The notes: a model not told the origin generated them from the sequence alone. Positions 13,901 to 27,734 are shown, counted from the stretch's first letter. The stretch: DNA of 64,000 bases from Octopus vulgaris (GCA_951406725.2 OX597818.1:146134001-146198000), one strand, 5' to 3'. Program-made: numbers and translations.

Positions 13901-15779
13901 GACAATATAATTGGTGTTATTTTCATCAATAAAAGCACCAAATTGTATAATATGTATTATCCTGGCAATAAAGGAGACGCTGTAGATTTTACTGATATTA
14001 TCAATGACTTAGGATGCAATTAATCTGTTGAGAAGAAACAGGATACGAGGCAGAGATAACAAAAGCAAGAAGTAAAGTGAAAAGCATAAAACAAACGTAT
14101 GACGGTTAAGGAAACAGAGAAAAGAACTCGGTGAAACATGGTTGTGTTTGTAAGAATATCCTGAATTTGACTATTGTTTATGTTAATTTACAAGAAATTT
14201 TGGTCGTTTATCTTAGTAATTTTAATATTTTTCTTAGTTTTCCTTTCCAGTAGAGTAATACCAACAGACAGAAAAATAAACGTTTAAATTGTGAATTCAG
14301 ATAGAATGATTAATGTAAAAAAATCTGAAAGTATGTGATGATTATCCATTTCTGTGTACATTTTTTCAGGTAATTGAGTTAAGATTAAAAGAAAGGATGA
14401 AGAAATGACAGATAAAATCCTAAAGAAGCTCAATAACCTAACTGTGCCGTTCAACTAGAAATCCAGGTGGAGATATGGCAACTGGTAGTCAATTTTAAGA
14501 ATTAAATACTAGGGGTTAGTTCAATGGTGTTGAATAAGAGGATAAACTTTTAACAGAATTCAGGATATTATATGCATTCTACTCATTGCAGAGAATTGTG
14601 AGATCAAATCTCAATTTATCGCAGAAAATGATTCCATCTTGTCTTCCCAGTAAGAACAGCAATTGCAAGTGTTTCTGTATCAAGATCAAATTAATTAAGT
14701 TTAAACAGCAGAAAAGGAAGAAGAGGGACACCCTCCCCCAAGTCATAAATATTTTTGAGTATTTGGCTAAAAGGAGAAAGCTGTTGTTACGACTTATTAA
14801 AGTACGTTGACTTCTTTATTCACCTCTATATTATTTCATTGAATATATGATTGCAAATTTAAGTTTTCCTCATCCCGATAAAAGTCAGTAATTCTCTAAA
14901 GCTACTTTAGAGATAGTGCCATCATTCAAAACTACCCTTCAACTGGACACACGCGCGCGCCCACACACATTCACACACACTCATTCACACATACACATAC
15001 ACGCACACACACTAAGCTTCATATTAAAACGGATCGCAGTCAGAATTTCCAGCAATGAGTTTTAGATTGTATGATCAAATGAACAACCAAACTCATCGAA
15101 TTAGTGTGTAAGTGGTCAAGTATTCGAGAATCTGGAATTTCGTGATTCCGAAGCCAGCTCCTTAACCATTCAGCCAGCCAGACTTCGCCTACAGTTTCAT
15201 ATTATCCAATATTTAAATAAATACACAGTAGAAAACTCAATTTATCTGATGGATGTGCAAGATAAAAGTCAATAAAAGTAAAACGAATAATAATTGTAAA
15301 TAAATTCCAGTATTTCAATATTTTCATATCTTTCGAAGATTTTTTTGTCACAAGACATTTTCATTTACTTACTTCTATCAGCTTTATATATGAAAATAAT
15401 GAACTGAATTTAATGGAATTTAACAATATTTACTTCAGACTAATTTAACATATTTCTTTTTGCGTATACATATTCATACATACATACACACACGTACACC
15501 CACACACAAACACATACACATATGCGTATGCATATGTATGTATGTATGTATGTATGGATGGATGGATGGATTTATGTATGTATATACACATGGCCTTGTA
15601 GTTAAGGTGTTGGGCTCACGATTATGGGGTAGTAGTTTGACTACCACACTGGTCGGCCCGTTGTATCTTTGAAGAAAGCACTATTTTCAATTCACTCAGC
15701 AGTAAATGAGTACATGTGATCGACAGGTGACTCTTACTCTCAATTGTATCAACGCACGGAAACAGGATAAGCTCCAGTG

Positions 15780-15940
15780 ACATCTGCCTTTTCTCCAGAT
15801 GTCACTCCAAAACCTTTGACTTTTATTGTTATCTGGTATCAACTTTTCATCTGTACACTCTCCATTTATTTCTTTATTGAATCTCTTCTCATCTACTCTG
15901 AATAACCTATTCTGGTGGCAACCCTCCATTCTTTGGTCGT
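15780..15940 (-). mobile_element. R4/Dong-like fragment
   Basis: QNRLFRVDEKRFNKEING..SQRFWSDIW, adjacent to (TAA)n. Confidence 0.65.
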
Positions 15941-15974
15941 ATTATTATTATTATTATTATCATTATTATTTTTA

Positions 15975-17590
15975 TTTTGTGTATTATGAAAGACTCTCGG
16001 ATAGTTCTGAATTACCAGTTGTTCTTTACTTGAAAGCAGGTAATACCAAATCACGAAAGGCTTCGAGTAGTGCCTTCTCTTATGACTCAAAGAGACAATA
16101 CTCTCCTTAGAATGCGAGCTGTACCCAACAATACTGTCTCCTGGATCACCTCGAGCCTGACAGCAGCTCCAGTATCCTTAATATGTTTTTCAAAGTCCTT
16201 GGAAACTGCTCCTAATGCTCCAATTACCACCGGTATCACCATTACTTTCCTCATGCCTCATAACTTTGTTATCTCGTCCCGCAGTGTCTGGTATTTCTTT
16301 ATCTTTTCTGTTTCCTTACCTTTCACCCTCGAATCGCCTGCTATTGCAACATCTATTATCATTACTTCTTTTTCATCTTTATGAATAAGCACAATATCTG
16401 GTCGTCTCACCTCTATACTTAGTCGCACTGTTAAAATCCCAGAGTATTTTGTAATGTTCCTTTTCCATTACACCCTCTGGCTTGTGTTCCTACCATTGTT
16501 CGGCTCTTTTGCAGTTTGCTTTACTGCACAACAGCCAGTGAACATATCTGGCCACATTGTCGTGTTTACTTTTGTATTCACGTTGTGCGAGCTTACAGTA
16601 CTCGCTAACAATATGGCTTATACATTCTCCCGTCTCAGAGCATATCCTGCACAGTGGCAAGTCAGTGTTTTTATCAATGTGATATTTGGAATAGTTTGTT
16701 CAGAGAGCTTGTTTTTGAGCGCTGCAGTGGGTCCTTTTAAGTCTCCTTTCTGCAGCCATTGCCAGGTTCTATTCCAATCAATCTCATCTTTATTTTCCAA
16801 GAACTCACTGTGCATTTTCTTGTCCTGACAAATTTTCTTCATCTGCTCTCTCTCTGGTCTTTTTAAAATTGTGTTGGATCTACGGCTTCGTTCACTTTTA
16901 AGATTCCCTGCATTTTCACTGTTTCGATCATTTCTTCATTACTCCTCTTCACATACCAAGCCAGACTATTCTCTTCTTCCCCTACACAACCTTTACAACA
17001 TACTAGTCCCTGTCCTCCTTTCCTCTTTACATACAATCTTGAGACATTACTCATGGGATGCAGTTTCTTGCTCATTGTCATTAATTTACCTGTTCTCCAA
17101 TCTATCTCTTGTAATTCATGCTTCTTCTAAGATACTATTCCTGCTCCATATCCCATCAAAGCAACAGCCCACCTGTTAATTCCTCTAATCCTATAGCGGC
17201 CATTTAGCTTCGATTGGAGCACAAACCGGGTTCTCCTCAAACACTCTTTCCTATATATTTCTTTCATCTTGTGCTCATTCATCTTACCTCTTTCAATGAT
17301 ACCCAGGTACTTATAACTTTCCTCTCCGACTTCCTTTATAGTTTCACCACTTTCCAGCTTGATCCCATGGCTTTTACTGATTTCCCCCATTTTGAGAATC
17401 ATTACACCACATTTCACGATCCCAAGTTCCACGCCAATATCTTTGCTAATCATCTGCACAGTTGCCGTCAAACTTTCAATTTCTTTTTCAGTCTTAGGTC
17501 ATCCATAAACCACAGGTTGTTAACTTTCACCCTGCCTAGCATCTACTCCACACACATCTTTCTTAAAACGCTCATTAATAGAGTATGCCA
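15975..17590 (-). mobile_element. R4/Dong-like non-LTR element, 5'-truncated and decayed (RT end, CCHC, RLE)
   Basis: SKDIGVELGIVKC, SYKYLGI, RLYVKRKGGQG, WQWLQKGDLK, RRPDIVL, IPVVIGALG, VLLGTARILRRVLS. Bounded by (TAA)n on both sides. Confidence 0.9.
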
Positions 17591-17591
17591 C

Positions 17592-17670
<79 letters not shown>

Positions 17671-17672
<2 letters not shown>

Positions 17673-17808
17673 ATTCTGCCGAGATCAACTTTGCTTTTCA
17701 TCCTTTCGGGGTCGATGAATTAAGTACCAGTTAAGTACTGGGGTCGATGTGATCGACTATCCTCCTCCCCTGAAATTCTAGGCCTTGTACCTATATTAGA
17801 AATGATTA
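17671..17808 (+). mobile_element. SINE family A, 5'-truncated
   Basis: Core ttttcatcctttcggggtcgatgaattaagtaccag plus tail. Confidence 0.8.
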
Positions 17809-18901
17809 TTTTAATTGGTTTTGTAGTTTTTATTATCATTACTGTCATTATTATTATAAGATTGCGCGTAGGAAGAAAATGCAATACGAATTATGATTTA
17901 GTTTACAATACTAAATCATACAAAACTGAATGTAATAAAAACAAAATGTATAACTGTAGAAATATATAGTGAAATGACTATAAAATGTTTTAAATATTCG
18001 TGAAGGATGTCAATATCTAGTTTGTGTGACAGTTTATGACTAATAGTTCCTCGCATGCACTGTAATGTGTAAGTGTGTGTGTGTGTTGCCATGTATGTAT
18101 AGTATCTTCTACTATAAAGTGATTAGTGAATTTCAATGAAATTAATTTTCGCTTACGAGAGCAAATAGTGAATAACTATTGACAGCTACTCATTTCATCA
18201 ACCTCTGATGGTGGAAAAGCAGAGCTAACGTTGTAAAAATAAATACGCTAAAGTATGCTATGTTACATGTATTTCAGTGACTGTCTTACTTTTTCTGTCA
18301 CTAAATAAGCAGCGGCCAAATGTTTATTTAAATCCTGCCTCTTAGTGTGATGATAATATCTTACAATAGCATAAAACCAGAAATTTGGGAGGTGGTGTGA
18401 ACTGATTTAATCGCCTTCAGTATCTGACTTTGTGTTATCGACTCCGGACGTATGAAAGACAAAGTTGCTGTAGACGCTATTTGAACTCACAAAATCAAAC
18501 ATACTGAAGGTATGAAGAACAAGAGGAGCATCTAAAACAGTAGGATCCGTCGTATTCGCGAAACAAATTACTTAATTTCATAATAAATAATCTAGATATT
18601 GTTTATATCTGTTAATGAAATTGTATTGATTTTAACAATCAATTTCGTATTAGAATTGCCGAGGTTGTTCATTATAGGGTGTTAAAAAAATTATTTATTA
18701 ATTAAAAAATAATAATTTTATTTATTTTGTTTTTATATTGGAGACTCCATCGATTTAGTATTTTTATTTGTTGATTTAGTAATAGTGGAATGTGTAGCTG
18801 AAAACCAAGAGTTAGTATCGTATATTGTATGAAAATATATTTTTCAATTTGGTTTAAAAGGCACATTTGATATGAAGAAGAAAACAGTTCATGCACCCCA
18901 A

Positions 18902-19131
18902 GGCGGTGAGCTGGCGGAAACGTTAGCACGCTGGGCGAAATGCTTTGCGGTATTTCGTCTGCCGCTACATTCTGAGTTCAAATTCCGCCTAGGTCGACTT
19001 AGCCTTTCATCCTTTCGGGGTCGATTAAATAAGTACCAGTTACGCACTGGGGTCAATATAATCGACTTAATCCGTTTGTCTGTCCTTGTTTGTCCTCTCT
19101 GTGTTTAGTCCCTTGTGGGTAGTAAAGAAAT
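18902..19131 (+). mobile_element. SINE family A, full-length (long-tail subfamily)
   Basis: ggcggtgagctggcggaaacgttagc head, gagttcaaattcc B-box, conserved core. Nearly identical to 36078-36310. Confidence 0.92.
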
Positions 19132-19527
19132 AGGTCATGCACCCCAAGTTTTCTTTCCGTGCATATCTCTGTTAGCAAGTAAAATCTGCCAAACAGCCTG
19201 AACAAAATCGAATGGATAATGTGTTAGTTCAGAAGATAAGGACCAAATTTATAAAATAATTAAACAATAGATTACCTGTAAAAACCGCACCAATAATCTA
19301 TATTATTAATATTCTTATTATTATCACTTTTGGTGTAGGTACACCATGTTGGTTCCGGAAGGTTTCTTAAATTTTGTTGAAAACAATTTCTTTATTGGTG
19401 CGAATCTTTGTTAAAACTTTGAATAATGTCCCCTGATTTAATGGGTGAAGAGAGGAAGTGCCATATTATGTCCTAAAGGGTACAATGTTTCCGAAATTTT
19501 ATTTATTCTCCTGTTATATTTTCTTTT

Positions 19528-19606
19528 GGAATTGGTTTCAAATTTTGGCACACTGTCAGCAATTTCGGGGAAGCGTGTAAGTCGATTACATCGACCCCAG
19601 GGCTCA

Positions 19607-19637
<31 letters not shown>

Positions 19638-19817
19638 CTTCTTCTTCTTCTTCTTCTTCTTCTTCTTCTTCTTCTTCTTCTTCTTGTGAGTGCGCGCGCG
19701 CGTGCAAGTTTAATCAACCTCAAAAAGACGAGAGGTAGAGTTGATATTGGTGGAGTTTGAACTCAGACGTAAAGACGGATAAAATGCCGCCGAGCATTCT
19801 GCCAGTTCACCGCCCTC
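19528..19817 (-). mobile_element. SINE family A interrupted by (TTC)n
   Basis: Tail and head halves lie on either side of the (TTC)n at ~19608-19685. Confidence 0.7.
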
Positions 19818-20139
19818 ATTTTCTGTTGGAACTACAGAATTAGTAACGCCTAATATCAGATTTGGTGACAAGGCGGCGGCAAGAAGAAAGATTCACACCG
19901 CTACTAATTTCAAATAATTCCCGTTTCTTTTAGTTTTCGGGATTAAAAATCTGTTCTCTCTGTGAGCCATTGGAATGTTGTCTCTGATTACATTAGTTCG
20001 TTATTAGATATTTACCTGTACTTTAAAACTGCCTCATATTACTACCCGTCAGTTTATCGTTGAAGTTATACAACACCCAGTATTCCTACATATGCTCTAG
20101 TCAGTTAGTCTCTTGCAGTAATAGTTAAACCATCTTTCA

Positions 20140-20169
20140 TTGATAAGGTCTGAAAGACCGAGACATGTC
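20140..20169 (+). ncRNA. Degenerate hammerhead-like motif (U3-A8 core)
   Basis: TTGATAA-GGTC-TGAAA-GACC-GAGA-CATGTC. Stem II is perfect, stem III is palindromic with a GUC triplet, GAAA is mutated and stem I is not evident. Confidence 0.45.
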
Positions 20170-21472
20170 CACAGTTGTCATCCAATTACTAATGATAAGA
20201 CTATCTCTTCATTGTAATGTATCTTTTTCACTTCATTGCAATTCTGGGGTTATTTCCCTTGCCTATCTTGACCAGAACTACTCTATTTACTGCAGGTGCA
20301 ATTCTAATAAATTAAATTTTTCGTTTTACTACATTAATTATGTTTGTTCTTACTTTACTGATTAGGTAATAAAGTTTACACGTAGACAACTATAAGCAGT
20401 TTCAAAGTTCAATTTTGAGAAATATTCTCTTTTTAATGTAAATGCCCAAGCTAATGAGAGCACATACTCTTACAGTTTGTACTAAGCCAACACAAGCCAA
20501 CAAGGTGAAACCCACGACCTCGGCTTCAAGTTTCCAGGATCGTTCTATGAGCTTGAAATAGAGGTAAAATCTTTCTCAAACCACATTATGACACATTGTA
20601 TGATTTAATCTGATATGCAATATTCTTGTAAGTGATGAATAAATTGGGTTAGCCGTGGCTGTGACATCTTTGTCTAAAGATTTGTTCACGGCTAACTTGG
20701 GGTCAAGCAACAACATCTACTACTACAACCTAATGTTGTAGCAGTTATTCTATAAAGAACTGTTTTTATCCCACTGTATACAGTTATTGCTCTATCAGAT
20801 ATATCTCGGTAATAGCATTACTACTATCGGGAATACATTTAACATACTTCATATAAGTACAGCTTCGTGCTGATTAGAATTACGCTAAGCTTGCTCAGTT
20901 AATGAAGTCTATAGCTGCAACACCTGAAATCAGTATTAAAGCAAATCTTAAGTAGAAAATCGACGCTAATAATCAATACCCAACTTTAAAACCAAATCTA
21001 AATTCACCAACCACAAAATATATCAAATAGTTATTAAGAATATAACCAATAGGAAAACCTTGTGAGTATGCAACACTGACAGACAGGCGCCGCGGCAATG
21101 GCGGACCGAAGTACGTCAATACATTGCACTGTACTAAAACAGCAACTTATAACAGAATTTATGGGGAGTAGATTTTCCATGCAGAGTAAAGACATATTTT
21201 GTTTTTATTTACCAACAACAACTCGCTCTTGCTAAATATATTTCTGCACAGATCCTTGATAATGTATATAAGATACTGAAAACGTTAGGAGCAACGTGAT
21301 CATCGATTATATGTTTTATTGATTTTCTACCAAACGATAGAGAAATGTTTCACTCTTATTAACAAGAGATTTGGCAGAAAGTTTAGTCATTCAACTTTTC
21401 CTGCATTTATACTCCTTTTACTGTTTATACACTTTTCATACATATTTCTTTTCAAATTTCTATCTGATTGTA

Positions 21473-21608
21473 TCTTCTTCTTCTTCTTCTTCTTCTTCTT
21501 CTTCTTCTTCTTCTTCTTCTTCTTCTTCTTCTTCTTCTTCTTCTTCTTCTTCTTCTTCTTCTTCTTCTTCTTCTTCTTCTTCTTCTTCTTCTTCTTCTTC
21601 TTCTTCTT
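21473..21608. repeat. (TTC)n microsatellite
   Basis: Directly visible. Confidence 0.98.
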
Positions 21609-23527
21609 GTATGCATGTGTTAAATACGTATGGATAGATACAAAAGTCCATACAATCACATGCTGTATGCATATGTGTGTGCATGTCTGTGATTTGCATT
21701 AAGACAGCTGAATGAATATAAATGTGTGAAGCTAGTATTAGTATTAGTATTAGTATTAGTATTATCCCCGAGTACATAATGTGGGGAAACTAACTTCAAA
21801 ATATATTTACTACTGATAAAGGAATGCATCTTTCTTGTTTTTATAAATTGTTGTATTTCTTAAGTCTGTTGATGTAGGATATAAAGATGTCACCTATATC
21901 TAAAAGTCCTAAGTGAATTAAATATCCTTAACCAGGATCGACTATTAATGAATTATTTTATGCATTCTGTAATTTATTCTTTATCATTGATTATATCACC
22001 ACTTCAAGAATACTCTCAGTTGAATGACATAAAAACTGAGAGGCGAGAGGTGACTCTCAGCTGTTTAGAAGCTGAGACCATTTCTAGTTCATAGTGATAC
22101 CTTGTGATGCAAAAGAATTAAAATATAATTTAGAATTTAGAATATAACAATATTCGAAGATTTTATGTTTGGGAACTGTAAGGTATTTCATTAGTCTTTT
22201 ATATGAGCATAATTGTATCAAAAGTTTGAATTAGTTTTAATCAGATATTGAACATGTCACAATCTCGACATGTTAGCAACTTACAAAGTCTTCTTCTTAA
22301 ATATGAATATTGTTCAGTCACAAAAGGTCTTCGTATTACAACAAGAACGTTCCGTAAATCTTAATAAATTGTTGGCTTTCCATAGTATGAGCAAGTGAGT
22401 TCGACGGAGTCCTTCTCTCTTGAGAATACTGATCAAGACCGGAAAACGTGGATACCTGAAGTGTAATGGTACTATGAGAAGCAAAACTGCGTTACACACA
22501 AGATTCACTGTGTTTTTGCTACTCACAAGAGAAAAATAAGGAATATACAATGTTCGTCTGACATAGGAACCATCTGCAACGTGAAATTAGTACGATGATG
22601 CAGAAATCATACAAGAGCAGTGTTTCCGATTGCGTCGTGTCATCCAAAGCGTATCAAGATAGAATATTCTGAAGGTCAGTAGATAGGAATGGCATAGATC
22701 GTTTACTATTTCATGTGGGAGAGCCACATACAGTACAAACTTGTGGTGGTTTTGGTGGTGGTGGTGGTGGTGGTGGTGGTGGTAGCAGTGGCGGTGATAA
22801 TGGTAAGAAAAAATACCAGTCATTTATGAAAGATTGTGCCAAACCTAAACAACATCCTTATATATTGTTGTCATTTTCAAACGTATTCAGTGTTATTACA
22901 ATTTTGGCAACAATATCATTTTCTTTAAACTTATGTTTTTGAACCTCTCTCTCCATAAACTGAACCAGGCTAGCCTGATCTTAGATCAGTGGATGATGTA
23001 CTTCTCAAGAGATATCAGATATCATACAGGATTTAATTAACTCTCCTTCGTTTCTGCTATTTCATTCATACGCAGAATTCTGTGGCCCATAACAGCTTAC
23101 GAATTATTACATCATATACACTGCTGTCAGATTTTTCATGTTTCATATGATTATTAGCAAACTAGCTCGAACTAACAGTTGTGAAACAAAATTCTCTATA
23201 ACACCTTACGATAATTTCAGAGTTTTACTGTTGGTTAGTCAAACTAAACTGTTGCTGTACATCATGATAACAATACGAATATTATATTTTAACATCTCCA
23301 GGACACGCAATAGAGTAATTATACTAAAAAGGATTCGGCAGATTCTTTATGGAGGAATATCTGTTTGGCAATAACGGAATACTCAGGAGGTCTATACGTA
23401 GTCAATTACTACATTTGCTTCTCTCTCTCTTCATCTCTTCTTTTTCTTGTGGGGAATAAAAAGACAGACACAAACACACACAATCACGTGTGCGTGTATG
23501 CAAGAGGATATATATGTACGAGTGCGT

Positions 23528-23581
<54 letters not shown>

Positions 23582-23848
23582 ATTTTGGTCACTTACAGTC
23601 TCTGTCAGCATATATGTATACAATTATGTCCTTTAACTACAGCATTATAGCATTTTGGCTCTTATTGATAGCAATGTATGTGTTTTAACACCCTTAGTCG
23701 CATTTAGTGACAATTATGGTCACACATTTGTGGTAACACATTGCGCATGGCTGTTTATGTTAATTTACACACACACATACACACATATATAGGTTCAAGA
23801 TAGCGTAAAACGTGTGTATGGATATAGAATGTATAGCATAGCGCAAAT

Positions 23849-23902
<54 letters not shown>

Positions 23903-23908
23903 TCATAT

Positions 23909-23939
<31 letters not shown>

Positions 23940-24043
23940 TTATAATAGGATTAGCTCGTATACGAGTAGGTATATATTTGTAAAAAATGAAGTTCGAAAA
24001 TGCTGCTGTATTATACAATTTTTAATTTTTATATATACATTAT

Positions 24044-24077
24044 AACATGTTTCAGTTCCTGAAATGAACCTTATCAA
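24044..24077 (-). ncRNA. Hammerhead-like motif (U3-A8 core) in a Penelope terminus
   Basis: Minus strand TTGATAA-GGTTC-ATTTCAG-GAACT-GAAA-CATGTT. Confidence 0.5.
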
Positions 24078-24457
24078 AAAAAGTTATATATAAAAAGAGA
24101 CAGCTCATGCCGTCAAACACAAGAAATTCATTTATAATACACAACGGAGTCAGACATCTTAGAGTTCATGTATAGTTGATATATAGTTCATGTATAGTTG
24201 ATATATAGTTTGAAGTATATGTTCAAAGTGTTCGATGCAGTGGCCCACGGTGGCGATACGTATTCAATACAAAAAACAGATCAAAGTGGTGGAAAGCGGT
24301 CAATACAGAAGATTGATGTTTCCGAAAGAGCGAGGAATTCATTTTTACCTTAAGCAATTGTGATGACCCATGGTGGAAGTTCGCTGGGTGGTTCTAGTGG
24401 GTTTTTGTGAAATGCTCGGTTTTATAATGCCTGTTAGGTGGTCAATCTAGCGTAGCG

Positions 24458-24792
24458 TGACGTCATCAATGTTTTGACCAATCGTTTCGTTAGGTGGCTT
24501 TAATCAAGTGGAACGGGACGTCATCATTATTTTGACCAATCGCTGCATTATAACTCCCTCTTGTTTGTTTCCTGTTTTGACCAGTCGCTTCGTTAGTCAA
24601 GCATAGCGGGACGTCATCCAGATTCTGCCCAATCACGACTTATAGCTACATTAGATCTGCCCCCTGTCTGTACTTGTTAGGTGACTATTCAAGCAGAAAA
24701 GGACGTCATCAATATTCTGACTAATGACTGTCCCCTGTTTGTATCCTGTCCATTCTAGCAGAGCTAGACGTCATCAACTTGTTGACCAATCA
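24458..24792. promoter_or_regulatory. Array of five CRE/ATF-like plus CCAAT-like composite sites
   Basis: GACGTCATC at 24459, 24517, 24610, 24702 and 24767, each followed after exactly 8 nt by GACCAATC, GCCCAATC or GACTAATG. Confidence 0.5.
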
Positions 24793-25214
24793 GAATCGGG
24801 TCTGACCCTTAGCTGTATCGTATGTATCAGGGTCAGATTTGCACGAAAGAATTTTTTTCCTTTTTTACTAAGACATATTTCCGTCAGAGTGAGTGTCTGT
24901 TTGAAGTAGCGGCCGTGGTGAAATTTGGTTCTCCTTTTCGGAGGACTTATCTTTTGTTTTAGTATTCCTGGCCCAGGGTGTTTAAACTTGGTCTAAATTT
25001 TTTTATGAAATATAGTTCTTTATTTTGGCGTTGTGTGAAGGTTGCGTTGTCACTGAATTTATAGAGCGGGTTAGTTGTAAATTTCGGATTTACATTTCCA
25101 GCGCATCTATCTATGTGTCCGCTGACCGGTATTTTGCGGTAATCAGGGTTTCTAATTTGTGATTTATGCACCGCCATCCTGTTACGTAAGCTATTTTTTG
25201 TATGGCCTATATAC

Positions 25215-25261
<47 letters not shown>

Positions 25262-25269
25262 GTATATGA

Positions 25270-25376
<107 letters not shown>

Positions 25377-25489
25377 TTAGGGAGTATAACTCCAAACTTA
25401 CAGAGAAAAATTCAATTTAGTATTAAATAAAATTTCACAATATAATATATAAAATATAAATTAGAAATAAAACTACTATTATGCAACTC

Positions 25490-25860
25490 TATGTTTCTTT
25501 TGCAGTACTGCTAAGTAACGGGGATGTAAACAAACTAACATTGGTTATCAAACGGTGATGGAGGATAAACACAGATACAAAGACACGCACACATACACAC
25601 ACACACACACACACGCGCGCGCACACGCACACACATATATTATGTATATGTTTGTTTATGCATGTGTGTGTGTGCGGTTTCTGAGTGTGTGTATATACAT
25701 GACATATTTCTTTCAATTTCCATCTACGAAATTCACTCACAAGGCTTTGGTCGGCTAGCGGCTATAGCAGAATTCATTTGCCCAAGATACCACACAGTGG
25801 GACTGAACTTGGAACCAAGTGGTTGGGAAGCAAACTTCTGATGACACAGCCACGGCTGTA
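25490..25860 (-). mobile_element. tRNA-derived SINE family B with internal (GT)/(TA) tract
   Basis: Minus strand gtggctgtgt..ggttccaagttcagtcccactgtgtggtatcttgggcaaatg..ccgaccaaagccttgtgagtg. Same family as 60161-60515. Confidence 0.8.
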
Positions 25861-26244
25861 TGCGTGAATGCATGTTCGTGTGTATATCTTTATGTATGGC
25901 TATCTAGCTACTGTGTATGTGTGTGTGTGTGAAAATACTTCGTTTAGTTTGAAAATTAATTCCCAGAAAAATTGCACACTTGTAAGTAGATCTTGAATAA
26001 GAAATTATATAGACGGCTCGTAACTCTAAAGTACTGTAAACTAGAAATGATAAGTAAACTAGAAATGATAATTTTGCAGCAGGGAGGGAGGTTGTAATCT
26101 GAATCCCGAAAGAGACTGGCTTCTCCTTTGTGGTTCAAAATGTACTTGGCTTTTAAACGGAATGGTAGTTTTTAAAATCTTTTAAAATTTATTAAAACGT
26201 ATTGGTTTCAACAATATGTATGTATATATGCAATTATATATGCT

Positions 26245-26288
<44 letters not shown>

Positions 26289-27283
26289 CACAAATGTGTG
26301 TATGTATGTATGTATGTATGTATGTATGTATGTATGTATGTATGTGTATGTATGTATGTATGTATGTATGTATGTATGTATGTATGTATGTATGTATGTA
26401 TGTATGTATGTATGTATGTGTGTATGTATGTATGTGTGTATGTATGTATGTATGTATGTATGTATGTATGTATGTATGTATGTATGTATTTATGTATGTA
26501 TGTATGTATGTATGTGTGATTGTTCTGATTGCAAGCTGGATGAAAAGTTCAACAGAAATATTGCTTGAAGTTTTCCAAATAAATGTCTCATTAACACAGA
26601 GTAACATTGATAATTAGCATGTTGTCTACTACAACAATAGCAAGAACAAACCCAGGCTGAACACTGACTTCTATTAAGCTTCTACAACAACAACAATCAC
26701 CACGACGACGACGACGTCAACGAAGTTTAGTTAGACTGGTGAGGTTAACAGACTGCAACAACAACACCACCACCACCAAGAACAACAACAAAAATGTCTA
26801 ATGAAGAAGCGATGATAACGGATTACCATAGGATTATGAAATTGTAATTACTCTCATTGCGAAGTATAATGAGAAAAAAAAAAGATTTAACATTCCCCGT
26901 TAATGAGAATTACGTCTAATTAGTTGGCTTTGCCAATTGAGCGATGTCGAGGTGAGACTAAACCAAGACGACTTCCACTCCATGGTGAATCGCATCACCA
27001 TTTATACTATACTCGAGCTGTATCGGTCACAAATGATTCAGTTCATATCTGTCTTGTTTCCCTCGATCTTCAAACTTTGCCTTATTTATTTCTTTCATAT
27101 GTTTTTCTTTTCTGGGTATTTTAAAAAACTTTACATTCACTTTATTTACTCTCACTCATGTATTTTGTTATTTCTTCGTGATCCGCTACACACACACATG
27201 TATATGTGTGTATATATAATATATATAAATACATATATATCTGCGTCAGTGTGTGTGTGTATGTATGTATGTATGTATGTATG

Positions 27284-27314
<31 letters not shown>

Positions 27315-27442
27315 GGCTCTTTACGTTTTGACAGACGGTCTAAGCAGTGGAGAGTGTCTTAAATTTGTTACTGGTAGCCTTCTTCCTGCAGCTGCCCTCA
27401 TGGCTGATCTCTCTTATGTTTGATAAGTAATCTATCTATTTA

Positions 27443-27486
<44 letters not shown>

Positions 27487-27498
27487 ATTATATTAAAT

Positions 27499-27734
27499 TA
27501 GAGACAAAACCACTATTAGGCAAATCATACAATGAAAAACTTAAGCCAATACATAAGATTATTTAATTTATATTATTTAAATATATAACAAAATTATTAA
27601 AAAAATATAATTAATATATTAATTATATTTTTTTAATAATTTTGTTATATATTTAAATAATATAAATTAAATAATCTTATGTATTGGCTTAAGTTTTTCA
27701 TTGTATGATTTGCCTAATAGTGGTTTTGTCTCTA
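27499..27734. repeat. Perfect 236-bp palindrome without spacer
   Basis: tagagacaaaaccactattagg...ttaata|tattaa...cctaatagtggttttgtctcta. Arms of 118 bp, centre 27616/27617. Confidence 0.95.

Larger units (their letters stand above)
23942..25218 (-). mobile_element. Penelope-like element 3' end: GIY-YIG C-terminus plus 3' UTR/pseudo-LTR
   Basis: QYIGHTKNSLRNRMAVHKSQI..VSGHI..RQNKELYFIKKFRPSLN. Bounded by (TA)n at both ends. Confidence 0.85.

Noticed and set aside
24458-24792. CRISPR-like repeat-spacer appearance
   Set aside because: Repeats are short and degenerate with irregular period, the context is eukaryotic and there are no cas genes.
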